A stretch of 64,000 nt of DNA from Girardia tigrina (Eukaryota), in contig MQRK01227496.1 in the NCBI GenBank assembly GCA_001938485.1, forward strand, positions 1 through 64,000, written 5' to 3'. Shown here piece after piece: positions 40,101-54,100 of this stretch. Made by a program: the position numbers and the translations under genes. The notes beneath the pieces were generated by a model that saw only the letters and a program-made list of their open reading frames with translations, was not told the DNA's origin and made no database searches. The stretch's first letter is position 1; each line of letters starts with the position of its first letter.

Positions 40101-43100
40101 AAAAAGAATGATATCTTGTACCTAAAAAGTTTTTTAAGGGTTTCCTTCAGTCTAATGATTAATTTAAAATTTTTAATTCGATTTTGATGAATTAGAAGTG
40201 TTAATAAAAGCAGAAGCGTCGCTAGGCGGATGCAGGGGGTGCGGACTGCACCGGGTGACACAATCTCAGATGGTGTCACTAAATGAAAAATACAACGCGG
40301 AAATAACCCTGTATAAAGAACCAGACGTTAGGCTAAGGTTAACTAAAAAACACAGGTTATTCGGAGTCTATGACGTCAGTTTCTGGTTTATAAATATTAT
40401 TATGTCATGTCATGTTGATTTAACTTTACCAGTAATTATATACTATGATAAAGTAACGCACACTTTCGTTGACTTGTTCTGAAATGATTCAAAAGGTTCT
40501 GGTACATAGCTACTGCAGATACCCTACAAAAATACATTTACAATGCATGAAGGCGGATTGGGCTCCACTGCCTCCACACTTAGAATAAATCTGGAGGGGT
40601 GACACCGTGACTTTATCGCACTGAGTGACACCAACCCTAGCGACGTCACTGAATAAAAGTTTATCCTTTTATTTTATTATTTTATTTTATTTATCGTCAA
40701 AATTATTCAAAACTAAATTGTCTAAATTCATTTAAGGGTTTCATATTCTTATATTAAAACTTAAACTTTTTGTCATAATTTTAATACTAACTTTTTATAA
40801 TGTAGTATTAAAAATATTTTTTATACTTATAAAAAAGCATACTGAAGAAATTGTTTTAAATCAATGATTCGATTTAGGTTTCCCATAATTAATTAACATA
40901 TTAAATATAATAAAGTAGTTTTCTAATAAATAAATAGTAAATAGAAAAAATACATTGAAAGAGAAACATTAAGTTTCTAAATATTAATTTTAAATTTTCG
41001 TCATTAAAAATAAATAAATAAAATTTCCAAATGTATAAAAAAATAAATTTATTTAATGATCGATCTATTATTTAAAAATAATCCAGTAATAGATTAATAT
41101 AAACTTTGTCTCAAATTTTATTTTATATTTGTAGTAATCTTTTAATTGCATTTTTTTGTATGGTTAGATTGAGGATTATAAGTTATTAACATTTAAGTTT
41201 TGATCAAATTATTAATTGAATTAATTAATTTATAAAATAAAACTTTTTGTTATAAAACAAAATAAAGATATTTTTTGTAGAAACAAACGGAAAAGAAAAT
41301 TACTTGGATTAATTTTGTTATGTACAAAATGTTTATCGAAGGAATCTGATGTTTTGTTCTTCTTTCCATCCGCTTTGATTCCGGACTGAAATGGATTTTG
41401 TGTCGGGTAAATTACTTGGGCAATGTCTTCGGCCAGCGCTAAATAGATACAAATACTATTGATAAAATAGAATTAAAAAATATTTATAAATATTCAATTA
41501 AATTATTAAATATAGAAATTTATTTTAATTAAAAATAATTACATACATTCAGATTTAGGTTTTGCATTTCAATGTATATATTTTGATGATAAAATCAATA
41601 ATTTCGTAAAAAATTTGGAAAAAAAACGAAGAAATACAAAACAAATGTATTTAGTCGGTGTGCGATTGTCTTGCACTGACCGAATGTGTTGACAAAATTT
41701 TATTATCATAAAACAAGTAGAAAATTAGGGTCACAGAGGACCACAGATAAAGGGCCGTTTTAGACTACAGCGTCTTTTAAACGTCCAGTGATTGAATTCG
41801 TTCCAGGATTGAGTTGGTAGGCGTATCCTTGGAACAGGGATTGTAGCAGAGAGTGTTGTGCTTCGCCCAAGTTGATGCGCAGTGTTTGATGTTGGAGATT
41901 ACACATCTTCTCCTGAGATTATTGATTACGGTTTCGGATAACTTCAAATCCACTAGTACCTCGTTGTTCTTTTCTGGCCAGGATCCGAGACATCCTACGA
42001 CAATAGTCCCGAGTTTAATGTTCCATCCTGGGTATTTGGTTTTAGCTTCTTTTTCCAGGGGCTCATACTTGGTTTCATTGAGTTCTCTTGCAGACTTGAG
42101 GTTTTCAGTCTCGTCATACGGAGTTTTGATATCAAGTAGCCATAGAGTTCTTCCTCCTGNNNNNNNNNNNNNNNNNNNNNNNNNNNNNNNNNNNNNNNNN
42201 NNNNNNNNNNNNNNNNNNNNNNNNNNNNNNNNNNNNNNNNNNNNNNNNNNNNNNNNNNNNNNNNNNNNNNNNNNNNNNNNNNNNNNNNNNNNNNNNNNNN
42301 NNNNNNNNNNNNNNNNNNNNNNNNNNNNNNNNNNNNNNNNNNNNNNNNNNNNNNNNNNNNNNNNNNTTTTTGCTCAGAGCATCAGCCGATCTACCAGCAT
42401 TCGCTTGTCTTGACCAATCCACAAATTTCTGGTGACGATATAGTCTGTGAAATTGGAAGGATAGAGTTTTTTTGTTTGCGGCAGAAATTGTCAACGATTC
42501 TTTGGTTACTGAGTGTCACCAGTGTCAAACTTGGTACAGTTGAGAGAACACACTATTCTCTCAGATTGTCATTTTGTAACACATTTCAGTCGAATTGTAT
42601 CGATGAGATTTCGGATTCTTTTTGGTTAATTGTGAAGGCTAAATTTGTGGATTGCATTGAATGTGAAACGTTTTTGATGTCTTATCAAATATATCATTTA
42701 AATAATGTAGTAATATTTATTATAATGAATATTAAATCTATAATTTATCCCAAATCTATCAGTTATCACATGATAATCATGATTTCATGAAGAAGAAATG
42801 TAGCGTTTTCTTTTAGAACAAAAATAATCTTGGGGATGATGATTTAAGGTTGCCACAGAATAACACGGTAGAAGGTCGGTGATGGTATTGATGGTATTAT
42901 TTCAGAGTTAATTTGAGCGCTACTTTGTTTCCAAAACCATTCAATTGATAGGAATGTATCAACATTTTATAGAATTGTCTAATTCCCTTTTGCGGGAATG
43001 AGCGCAACAACATTTCTGCAAGACCTTTCCAAGGTAGTGAACAGCTGGTTTGAGATTATATGAATTCCTGTGATATCTAAAGTATATAATAACCCCGAAC

Positions 43101-46100
43101 TCAACTAAATAGAGAAGGGTTGGGAGTCATTAGAGAAACCAGTAAGAAAGAGAAAGCCCCTTCTTTCGACGCACATTGCTCTAAGTCATTATTTGCAGGA
43201 AGAGTGGACCTCAATCTAAATGGAATTAATGCATAATATTGAAAATACCATTTCTAAGATAGTGTCTGAGATTATAAATTATCATGAATATTCAACAAAA
43301 TACTGATCTGATGTGCTTTCATTATCGAATTCATGAAAATAACTTATTTCATTATAGAAAATCGTTATTTAATCCCAATACTATAATCGGATACTTATTC
43401 GAGGGCGGATTATTTATCGCTCATTCAAAATTTGATGGACATAAAACTTGAAACGTGGCATGGACCACAAAAATTCAAAAATAGGCCCTAGTTGTTCCTC
43501 ATGAAAAACTTTGCACATCATGAAAATTGTTAATAAATCTAGTTTGATGTATAAGTGTCTTTTAATTATAAATTAATTTGGACCAACCAGGTTCATCTAA
43601 TAGAAAAAATTAAATACATTCTATGTCAATATTCTATCAAAACTGTTAACTTTTTAACTGTTTACTTTCAACACACGGATGAAGAGAATACTCATAAAAC
43701 GATGTCGTGCGAACCTGAGAACCCCTTAATTTAACCCATACTCCTTCTTTCACGTATCTGTATTTATGCTACTTAGTTCCTCAGGTCATTTTTATATGAC
43801 CTTATTTTAAAAGTGATCTTAAAAAGTAATCGATTATTTACTTTCCGAAATATAATTAATGTGGTCACACAATATTTTGTCAAATGAAAGTATTATGAAA
43901 TACATAATAAATATAATACATATTTTACTTGATTCAAAGTTAATCTCCGAAACAAAAAGCCATTTCTCTTTGGCAATATACAAATGAATCTCCACATTAT
44001 TTCCAATTTTGTTCAGTAATTCCATTGTAAAAATTGCTCCCCCAACGCGATTTATTTGCACATTTATTAATGAAACATCTTTGCTGATTTCGAATTCCAA
44101 TTTCGAATCAGTTTTAAAAATAAGATTAATTTTAGAAAAAATATCAATTGTTTTATTTGGGAGAATGTGAGAAAATATTTCCAATTTTGTGAAATTTCTT
44201 GCTGAAAGATAAAATATAATTTTAAACTTTTTATGAAAAAAAATATATTTTTTTAATAAAATTTACCAATTATTTATTATTATTTAATGATTAGTTTTTT
44301 TAAAGATTGACTTTTACAAATATTTTCTTTGATGGTTTTTTTTTATTTATAATGATTTTTAGAGAGACATTTTTTTCAAAGATAAAATTTATTATTCTAT
44401 GTAATAGTTATTTATATTTTGAATATATGAACATGTTTAAATAGGTAAAAAAAACATGACACTAAATTTTATGTTATATTACAGTATTTTATATTATATT
44501 TTAACATTCAAATCTAAATCTTTCATACTCTTCTGTATTAAAGACTTTAGCAAAAAGTCATACTTTTATACATTTTATGTTTTGAAATGCATCTTGTATA
44601 ATCATAAACATCATTAACTAGTCAAATAATGGCAATTTCTTAAGTTATATATCAAAGAATTGAAGGCACCACATTATGTGATAGTCACATACTTAAATCA
44701 AAATAGTGGAATTTTATTTTTAAAAACATAGAGATGTCATTTAAAGAAACAATTTATATTATTAAAGGTTATTTTTTATGATGGAGTGTTTGCACGTATA
44801 TTTGTGTCTTGCTCTTGTACTTAGGTGGATATGAGCTATGTTATGCATATTCCAAAATAGTTGATTTTTATATTAATCGACCTCCTTGAAGACGATCTAA
44901 AGCGATTCAAGATGATATTATTGGTGATTTAGTGCATAAAAACCCAAGGATCACCTCGGCGAATATTGATGAAATATGGAATATAAAGCATCGACTGTTT
45001 TTGTCATTTTAAGAAACTTGAATTTACTTTAAAGCTTAATACATAAGTGCTACTATATAAAATAACTGAACAATATGTACCATGTCTCACCATTTATTTT
45101 TAGTCAAATATAACTGAAAATGATAAATTGTTTTGTTTTAAAAATTTGAATAATATCTAACGAAGAATCATGAAAAGATGAACTTGAAAGGGTCAAATTT
45201 AAGGTAGAAGCAAACAAGCTACCATCGTTAAAAATATTTTTGTTTAGTTGGACCGTGAATAAATAATTTCATTGTTTCATACATGTGACGAAAAAAAAGA
45301 GAAGACCACCTTGCTGAACTCATTGAAAAAATAAAAGCTAAAAATCAAGTTTATGAAAGATTACAATTTTAATGTCCTGCAGCACTCGCAGTATTTAGGG
45401 AACTATCTTACTGAGAGGAAACCAAAAAGGAAATTCATATTAAAATTTGAGTATTTTGTTTAGTGACCGAGAGAGAGAGGATCCTCGTGAATCTACTGTT
45501 GTAATAACACTCATAAATTCATCTGTCGCCAATGGATTATATTTAGGATTCGGACCCCTGTGGGAAAGCTTAAAATGTTCTGAGCATTATTATTTCCCAA
45601 ATATTATATAACTTTTAGGTTATATTTTAAATAGTATATTATTTTTCTTGAAGAAGAATAATAATATCAATGTATAAATTACTTTTTTCATAATAAAAAT
45701 GGATTGGTATATATTGATATGAGCTTTCTTTGGTAAAAATCCACCCTATGAAATAGGGTTCCTTCAAACCGTCCAGGTTACCCACCCAGGCTCTATTGTC
45801 AGTCAATAAACCGAGACCGTTTTGGAGGATAATTTCATTGCTTTTAAAAGTCTTTTCTCCGTCATAATAGCGATCATAGGTCGGTATCATTTCGGAGTTA
45901 GAGTATTCAAAATGTTCTCCTTCCAAAGTGGAATAAGTTTTTGGAGAATCTAAAATAATATTATGTAACAAAAATCATATATATTTATAAAAATCACTTT
46001 TCTTGAATAAAATGTAGAGTTATAATTTAATAAGAGAAATATTTAATTTCATTCTTGATTTAAATATCAAACCAAAAAGATTTAGCAGTCATATTTGTAT

Positions 46101-48114
46101 AATTTATGAAAGAGATAGGTAAAGTAAATCTATGAATACGGGATATCTTGTGATAGTGGAGGATAGGGAGTTGTAGCTAGGCGGTCAACAACGGAAATTA
46201 TAATTGGATGTTACATTAAAAATCTTATGTTAGGTACTAAAATATAACTCAGTTCAAGTCTAGTAACCATTCATTTCTTTTGCGTTAATTTTGTATTATA
46301 CTTATCATGAACACTAATATCATTTCCAATACTTTTGTTAACACCACAACTCGAATTGCCTCCAGGACAATACTCCACAATACGATCGTAGTTATAAATC
46401 GTTCTCTAACAAATTTAAATTACGATTCCTAAATAAAATGTTTTTAAATTATTTTCGAAAATATTTTAATTCATTTTAAATATTTTATTAATGATTAAAT
46501 AAATCTTTACGTTACAATACACATTAAAAAATACTTTAAATCACTTTCAAATAAATTTAATATATTTTGAATAAATTTGATTATATATTTATTGATTCAA
46601 ATATATTAATTTATTTTAAAGTTGTTATTTACATTTCAAATTGTTAGAATAATCCGACTGTTCAAAACATTCAAAATATCAATCTTCCATATGGGTGGAA
46701 GAAACACAATCCTAAAACAACATGTCAAACACAACATACAATAAACATTTTCCGAATACATTCCACACAATTCTCATTTGATGCTTTACATACCACGTTT
46801 CTTTCTTTGTTAAAGAGTCTCGCGACAAAGTTGTTACATTTCAGGTGTGATTCAGTATTGTTCCATGGAAAGAGACCAAAATATTGAAAAATATTTTTCC
46901 CTCCTGGAGTCATGATTTAAAGAATGCATAAAAACATCTTAACAAAATAAACAAAAGTATTAATAATATGATTGCATATATATGAATAGATATTTGTTAT
47001 AATTATGGTGACTATATGTCCATATTTTCCAGGACATATCCGGGTTTTTATGTTTGTCCAGAGTAGGGCTGGCAAACTCGGGATCCCCGCATTTCAGGAT
47101 TTTAGGAAAATTTGTTTCCATTGAGATAAAATATTATAAAAAATTGATGACTTTTTAAATTTGAACTTATTGGTAACAAAATCTACTACTAATCAGTAAT
47201 AATTTACAACTGCTTTATAACTGATTAAATTATGATTTTTTTTCAGAAAATTCAAAAATAAAATTACTCTACTAATCAGTTATAAAACTTTTTTTCGTTG
47301 GGATGACCACTTGTTTAGTGAAGAAATAAGTTTTATTGTTTCATCCAGGTCATTAAAAACTAACAGTGGACCCACTTACCAAACTAAACATCAAAGTTTA
47401 AATTAAAGATTAAAATTTTTTTCTTGCCGCACTCGCCGCTTTTCCGGACCTATAATACTGAGAAAAAACCGCAAACGAATTTCATATTGAAATTTAAGTT
47501 TTTTGTTTAGTGAATGAGAAAAAGCCTTGCTTATAATAATGTATGTCACATGTCGTACGTACTTCCCTCGAATCGAATACAAATCTTCTAAAAATATAAA
47601 ATTTTATTTCGTCCAAGTCAATAAAACAAAGTCTATTCTTTAAAATAATAATATAAATAATTTCCAATAACCTTTAATTTTTGAATATATAAAAATTTAG
47701 TATTTCAAATAATCTGTATCTTCAAAAATTTTGTATCCGGCTATTGAGTTTTTAACAACGAACATGGATTAACACACATAATTTACAAACTCTAGAATAA
47801 TCTGTCACCACATGATTATATTTACAATGCAATGCGTTTTGGTGGAGCTTAAAATTGAAAAGAGTTTTCTTTGGCTAGAATAAATGTAAATGAACTATTC
47901 ATTATAAATACCAAGTACTGAATACATCAGATGACTACCTAAGTTCGTACCTAATGTCCAAAGATAGCGTTGATGATATGCATGTTCGGATTTGAATTAA
48001 TAAAATTTGAATTGGAATTTTTAATCAAATTTCAGTTCATTAAATTTGTATTAAAAAATATATATATATAATAAAAGGAAAGAAAAAAAATAAATTAAAA
48101 TTATGTATACTTAT

Positions 48115-48159
<45 letters not shown>

Positions 48160-51100
48160 ACGTAAGAGTTTTTTGTTTCTAATTCGTTTGTCTAAGCGAA
48201 TCAGTTATTACAGAGTTTGATATCTAATAAAGATTACTAAGGATTATCGATTGCTTTATTATAGAAATATTAATTAACTGAAATTGAATGTCTAATTTAA
48301 AAGAACAGATAACTTTACCATGTGATTATATTTTTAATGTGGATTATTTTATGAAGACATTTGAAGATAATCATATAAAAATGTCCGAAGAAATCATTTT
48401 ACCTGCTGTTGCGTCTCTAATGAGAAATCCGTCAAATCCAGTCGTATTTTTCGATGTCAGTGTTGGTGGTCAGGATATTGGCAGAATACAGTTCGAATTA
48501 TTTGCCGATATTGTCCCGAAAACTACGGATAATATCCGTCGATTTTGTACGGGTGAATACCGTAAAGATAGAGTTCCTATTGGCGACGAGAACTTTGAGA
48601 TGAAGCATGATAGTGCCGGCAAATTGTCCATGAGATCGCATATCAAAGGAACTGACGAAATTTTAGCACCCACCTAAATTTGTGGAAACATTCATGGTCA
48701 ATGGGAAAGAGAAATGACCGTCAGAAGGCTAAGAAAATTAAAATCGGCAGAAAAAATATGCATGAAAAAAAGTTACAGCAGTCAATGAAGAACAATCCAC
48801 ATTAAATACAACATAAATCGAAAAAATAATTGTAGAGTGGATTGCGATGTGCCACATTCAGAGAGGATAGAATTGAATGAAGATTCGCCATACACTTATG
48901 AGCATTAAAACTTGACCGAGGTGTTGCAAACGTATTAATGGTATTCGTGGTGCAGAGCCCATTTACTTTAAATTTAAAAATCTTTGATTTTTATTTTGCT
49001 TATATTTCAATTATTGTTCACAAAATAGTAATTGAAAAAAGTTAAAAATTATTTTGTTGTCACCAAATATTTTGATTTTATTACAAAAATAATCGTCAAC
49101 GTATTTTCAGAATCGTCACAAATTATAATTAAAAAGTGGTCTATTTAAAAAAGTCATTTAAACAATCACTGACCACTTGCTCTAATTGGCCAGCCAATCA
49201 TAGCGAGTCATTTAATAATTCCTCTAATTCGGTCATTCAAGTCCCAAAACTATTGAAACATTTTGTCAATCTTCAAATCCATGGGTTACATAATAATGTT
49301 TTTTTTGCATCTGATAAATTTTAATAGTTTATGTTAAAAATTTTTTTCGGTATTCATTATCTTTAAAGAAAAATACCAAACGAAACGTTTTTCCCATGAT
49401 AATTAACGACCCTGTAAATATCCTCTAATGATAAAATGACATTTTTATAATGATTTTAACATATAAATAATTTTTGAAAAGCCTTTTAATATTTAAATAT
49501 TCTGATTTAAAAATTCAAGTAAATATAAATATGAAAGTGTAACAAATTTGTACTCAAATAATACTTTTTATAATTTCAAATAAATGGATATATCAGACAA
49601 TTATTAATATTTATTATCATTATTATATTATTACGAATGTTATTAAAATGAATTAAAATATTTATTAACCGTCAAAACTGCATCCAAACATAGCAAATTT
49701 AATACAAATCATAATAGCATTGTGTGGATCCACAGGGTATATCTTTATGGATGATGCGATTATGGCGGGGATAAAACTCGTCCGACTCTGGGTTCGGGCA
49801 TCTGTGTTTATTGGAATAATCTGAGAGTCACAACTTTCATTTAAATCTGTTAATTAGGAAAATATTTTTACTGTTTGATTTTCTGTAGTTCTATATTCGT
49901 AAACTCGACCATTTGACTCTCTTTGATAAGTTATTCTTATTGTCGGAACAAATTCAATATACTGAAACCAATAAACTGATAAAATAGAAATATAAGAAAA
50001 AAATGTTAAAAATTGTTTGTTGTGTCATCCTTTCAAAAACATTAAACATAAAGTTCTTTTATTATTTTCAATAAATTAATTTGAGATATTAAGTAATTCG
50101 ATAATTAAAGCATAAGGTAAAAATTTCTGCAAACATTTTATAAAAATTTACATAAAAATGTTTATAGAAAGTTTAAAAGTTACATTGTAAATGTTAAGAA
50201 TTTTTGTCGAAAAGCTTTTTAATATTCAGTAAAGCTTTTTTAAGAGTTTAATTGAATCAATTACAAGTTATATTGGAAAAACTTGTAAAACCATAAATAT
50301 AATAATAAGATATAAAATTTGAGGAAATTAAATTAAAAAGTTTATTTAAATTGTGTTATAAGTTAGAATCAGCCTCCCCCAAACTGTAGAATAACATCAT
50401 AAACTTCATTTGAGCACAGTGTATTGAATCACAGACTCTTTATTAGGTAGAAACTATAAAATAAACAATGCTCTCGCATGGCTTCAGACTTGGGAGTGCC
50501 AGGTTTCAGTGTACGGGTACAATTTTGCTTATAATTTAAGAATAACAATTCATGATCCCGAGATATTCAAAATAAATAGATGTAGAAACACTTTTATCGC
50601 ATTAGGTAAATGGACAGTTGAACATTCCTCTGTTTGCTTGTTTTCCCAGCCTGAATATTATTATTTTCCTTATGATCACTTCTTAGTGTTACCTAAAGTG
50701 ACTGGAATATGATATACTGTCTAATTAAAAGCATGTGTTCTTCTGTTTTCTGTGATATTTGAAGTTTTTATTATGTGATTGATCAACCTATGTCGCTGCA
50801 ACCATCAATTCATTTTGTCACTTTTGTGTTAGTTCCTAATGAGGCAGGAAGAGGATACAGCTCATATTTATCACTGAGACACTGGGCCCAAATTTATGTT
50901 AGTAATGCGTCGTTAAAGTTTCTTCCGTTCAGCTCATTATTTGTTATTAAATATTATGAGGAAGTCTTTTAGACAATAAATGTTACTACTACAAAACACA
51001 AGTATTATTTTTTTGTCTATAAACGACTTTTCGAGTGCTGGAAAGAAATGGACAACTCGCCGAAACTTTTAAATTACATTGTGTAACTTCCAAATAACTA

Positions 51101-54100
51101 CATTACAACAATAAATTTTATTTTGAACTTTGAAAACATTTCAAGTCAACGAGGTGGTCATATACTTGTCAAAGGTAGCTTATATGTTTAACTTTGACAA
51201 GAATTTTAATATAAGAAGAGATGGAGACGTAGAAAACGATGCTGCTTTGTTTACATTTTTTGGAAGGTTAGAACATTATTGACATTTTCATAAAAATGTT
51301 CACGAAATTCCGTGTAGGAATCATCAAAATCGTCATTATTCGAAATCAGTGTTAATTTAACCATTTAATGAGGAACGGTTTTCGATAGATTTCATCGGCT
51401 TCCGGACGACTTTCGGCAAAGGCGCTGTACCGACAAAATTGTATTGATGCGCGCTATCCAGATTGACCACGATCTTAAATGGATTCACTCTGGTTCTTCC
51501 GCAATTTCACATTGAAAAGCGTGACCGACAAACAAACAAACAAACCAACATACTTTTTAGGCAAATATTATATATATATATATAAGTACTTTTTGTAACA
51601 TTGGATGAGGTTTGTTTAGCTTTTTAATTTTCTCGAAACGAATTGATAATCCTATTATTATTAAAAATCCTAAAAACGAAATTTCGTTAATAAATTTACA
51701 GAAAGTTTAATATAAATTCACAAAAGTTATACGTAAATGTAAATTAATTGAAATAGCTTACCTATCTATAAATTATTATTTTATAAATCTTTTATTTAAT
51801 ATTTAGAAAACTCAAAATTTATTGTTTTTAAAGTTTTATTAAAATTAATAAAGCAGATAAGAAAGAATATTATATTTCATGAATAGAAATAAAATAATAT
51901 AAATCTGTTTTGTTATTTTTTAACAAGATTATTACAAAATAAATTATGAATAAAACCAGTTAATAAGCAACAAAGAAAACATTTAGTTATGAAATTTTGA
52001 CAGGAAATTTTCTTTTTTTTCATTTTGTACTATTTATTGTTAAAGTATTTGTATGCAGAAGTATCGTTAAGCGCCACTCTCATTAATTTTTGTTTTAGAT
52101 TTTGAGAACTTTTTCGAAACGAACTGCCAAAGATGTGGCTATTCATATTCCCAGCGGAAATAGTGCTTATATTTCTAGTATTGTGGTTATACCACCAGAA
52201 AATATCAATAAAAATAGCAATGATGATGACATGGATGATTAAGGTATTGTTGGGGATGTAACAGGTATCGAAGTTGTTAATATCAGGGCTGCGGAGTCGG
52301 AGTCGTGAAACTCAACTTCGAGCAAAATAATAACAAATATTATATATTGACCTAAAAAGGAGTCGGAGTAGGAGTCAGGCATTTTTGGTCCGACACCGCA
52401 GTCATGGTTAATATCGAAACAAAGAATAAAGAAGAAATATCTGAATCTGTTTCAAAACCAAAATTAAATGCAATTAGTCATTATCGAAGAGTGTATTATA
52501 AAATAGAAGACTTTAATTCAACCAGTACAGACATGTATGATTAAAACTTTTCTTCATTTGGATGAAGTTGACTTTTTTGAACTTTTCTTTTACAAAAATT
52601 ACTTCGAGATCATATTCTCCGAGAAACTAGAACTTTTGCTCAACAAAAGAATAATCACGCCTTTTCATTGACTAATGAACAATTAAAAGGATTCATTGAT
52701 TATATTATTAACTGGGTACAACAGAAGACCATAGCAAAAGTTATATATTTCTGATGCTGAGGATTTACGCGTTCCTTTGGTGACAAATACAATGAACCGA
52801 CCACAGTTCTTGCAAGAAAAGGAATATTTTCACTTCAATAATAACACAAAGCTCTCAAAATAAAGCAGTTATCGTTTTTTGGAATTTTTGTGCTGCAGAC
52901 ATTGGCGGAACAGTTAGCCACTGGAATAAGGGACAAGGCCATGTTGATGTTTCCATACCAGAATTAATTCAAAACTACAACTTAGGCATGGGTGGTGTGG
53001 ATTTGAAATAGACAATGCGGGGAACAGTTACAAAATATCCATCCCTTCTAAAAAATGGTATTGGCTACTTGTAATGAATGCTCTTCAAATGCGTCACAAA
53101 TGCTTTGCACTTACACAATATGGTACATGGTAATATGAAATCTCTACTTGGTTTTACAAGAACTATAGCTATGGAAGACATGAAACACTGTAAAAATCGA
53201 TCAATGAAGAGAGTGGTACAGTCACCAAGCAATTTTAATGCAGTGAGGTGAGAAATCCCTTTATGCATTACATTATAACCAAGTTATATGTGAATTTGAC
53301 AATTTTTTTAAGATATGATGGCGTTGGTCATTTTATGGCCAGAAGAGAAAAGCAAAGTCGATGTCAATGCGAGAACTGCAGCGGTAAACGCCGATCCTAC
53401 AATAAAAATACACTGTAACATTATTTCAAAACTGTTTTAAATATTATCATGTTAATTGAGGGAAAAATATATTTTTCTATTTTTGCCCATTTTCTGCATG
53501 TAAAAGACAACTGATCATATTTGGGATCAGCAAGTTTGACCCACATATGGTAAAGGAATTCTATGAACTCTTGGGTTTCCAATGATTGATAACCTTAATG
53601 AATGATAACCCTAATAAAAGACCTCGAGACATACAACAAAATAAAACTCTGAAACAAAAAATAGCCTTTTTAAACTAACTTTATAAAAAAGTAACATTGT
53701 AACTAACAAATAAAATTGCTGATGATTGCAAAAGAATTTCCAAACATGTGTTAGGGTTTCGAAAAAATTTAAATATGAATAAAAAAAATCAAAAAAAATA
53801 CATATGAACACTTTTGATAAAATTTTATGTAAAAAAATTTAAAATAATTCTTTTGATAAAATTATTAATTTCAAACAAAATAATATTTAGTTTAGCAAAA
53901 TTTGGAATCAAAATTAAAAATATTTTAGTCTTTGTTTTATTTGATCAATTTTCAAGGTTAGAAAAAACTAATATATAAACAACAACGAATTCAGTCACAC
54001 ACACCAATAATTTCCTGCAACAAATTTTTAAGAAGATTCCGTGTAGAGTAAATTTATTTAAATTCTTTATTTTTATTTCTTTACTTGAAGTTGAAGTCGA

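Noticed and set aside
41853-42413. 186-aa plus-strand ORF
   Set aside because: Antisense to the RLE domain and partly gap.
48288-48677. Functional nested cyclophilin gene
   Set aside because: The catalytic FHR/QGGDF segment and the C-terminal third are absent, so it cannot form a normal cyclophilin.
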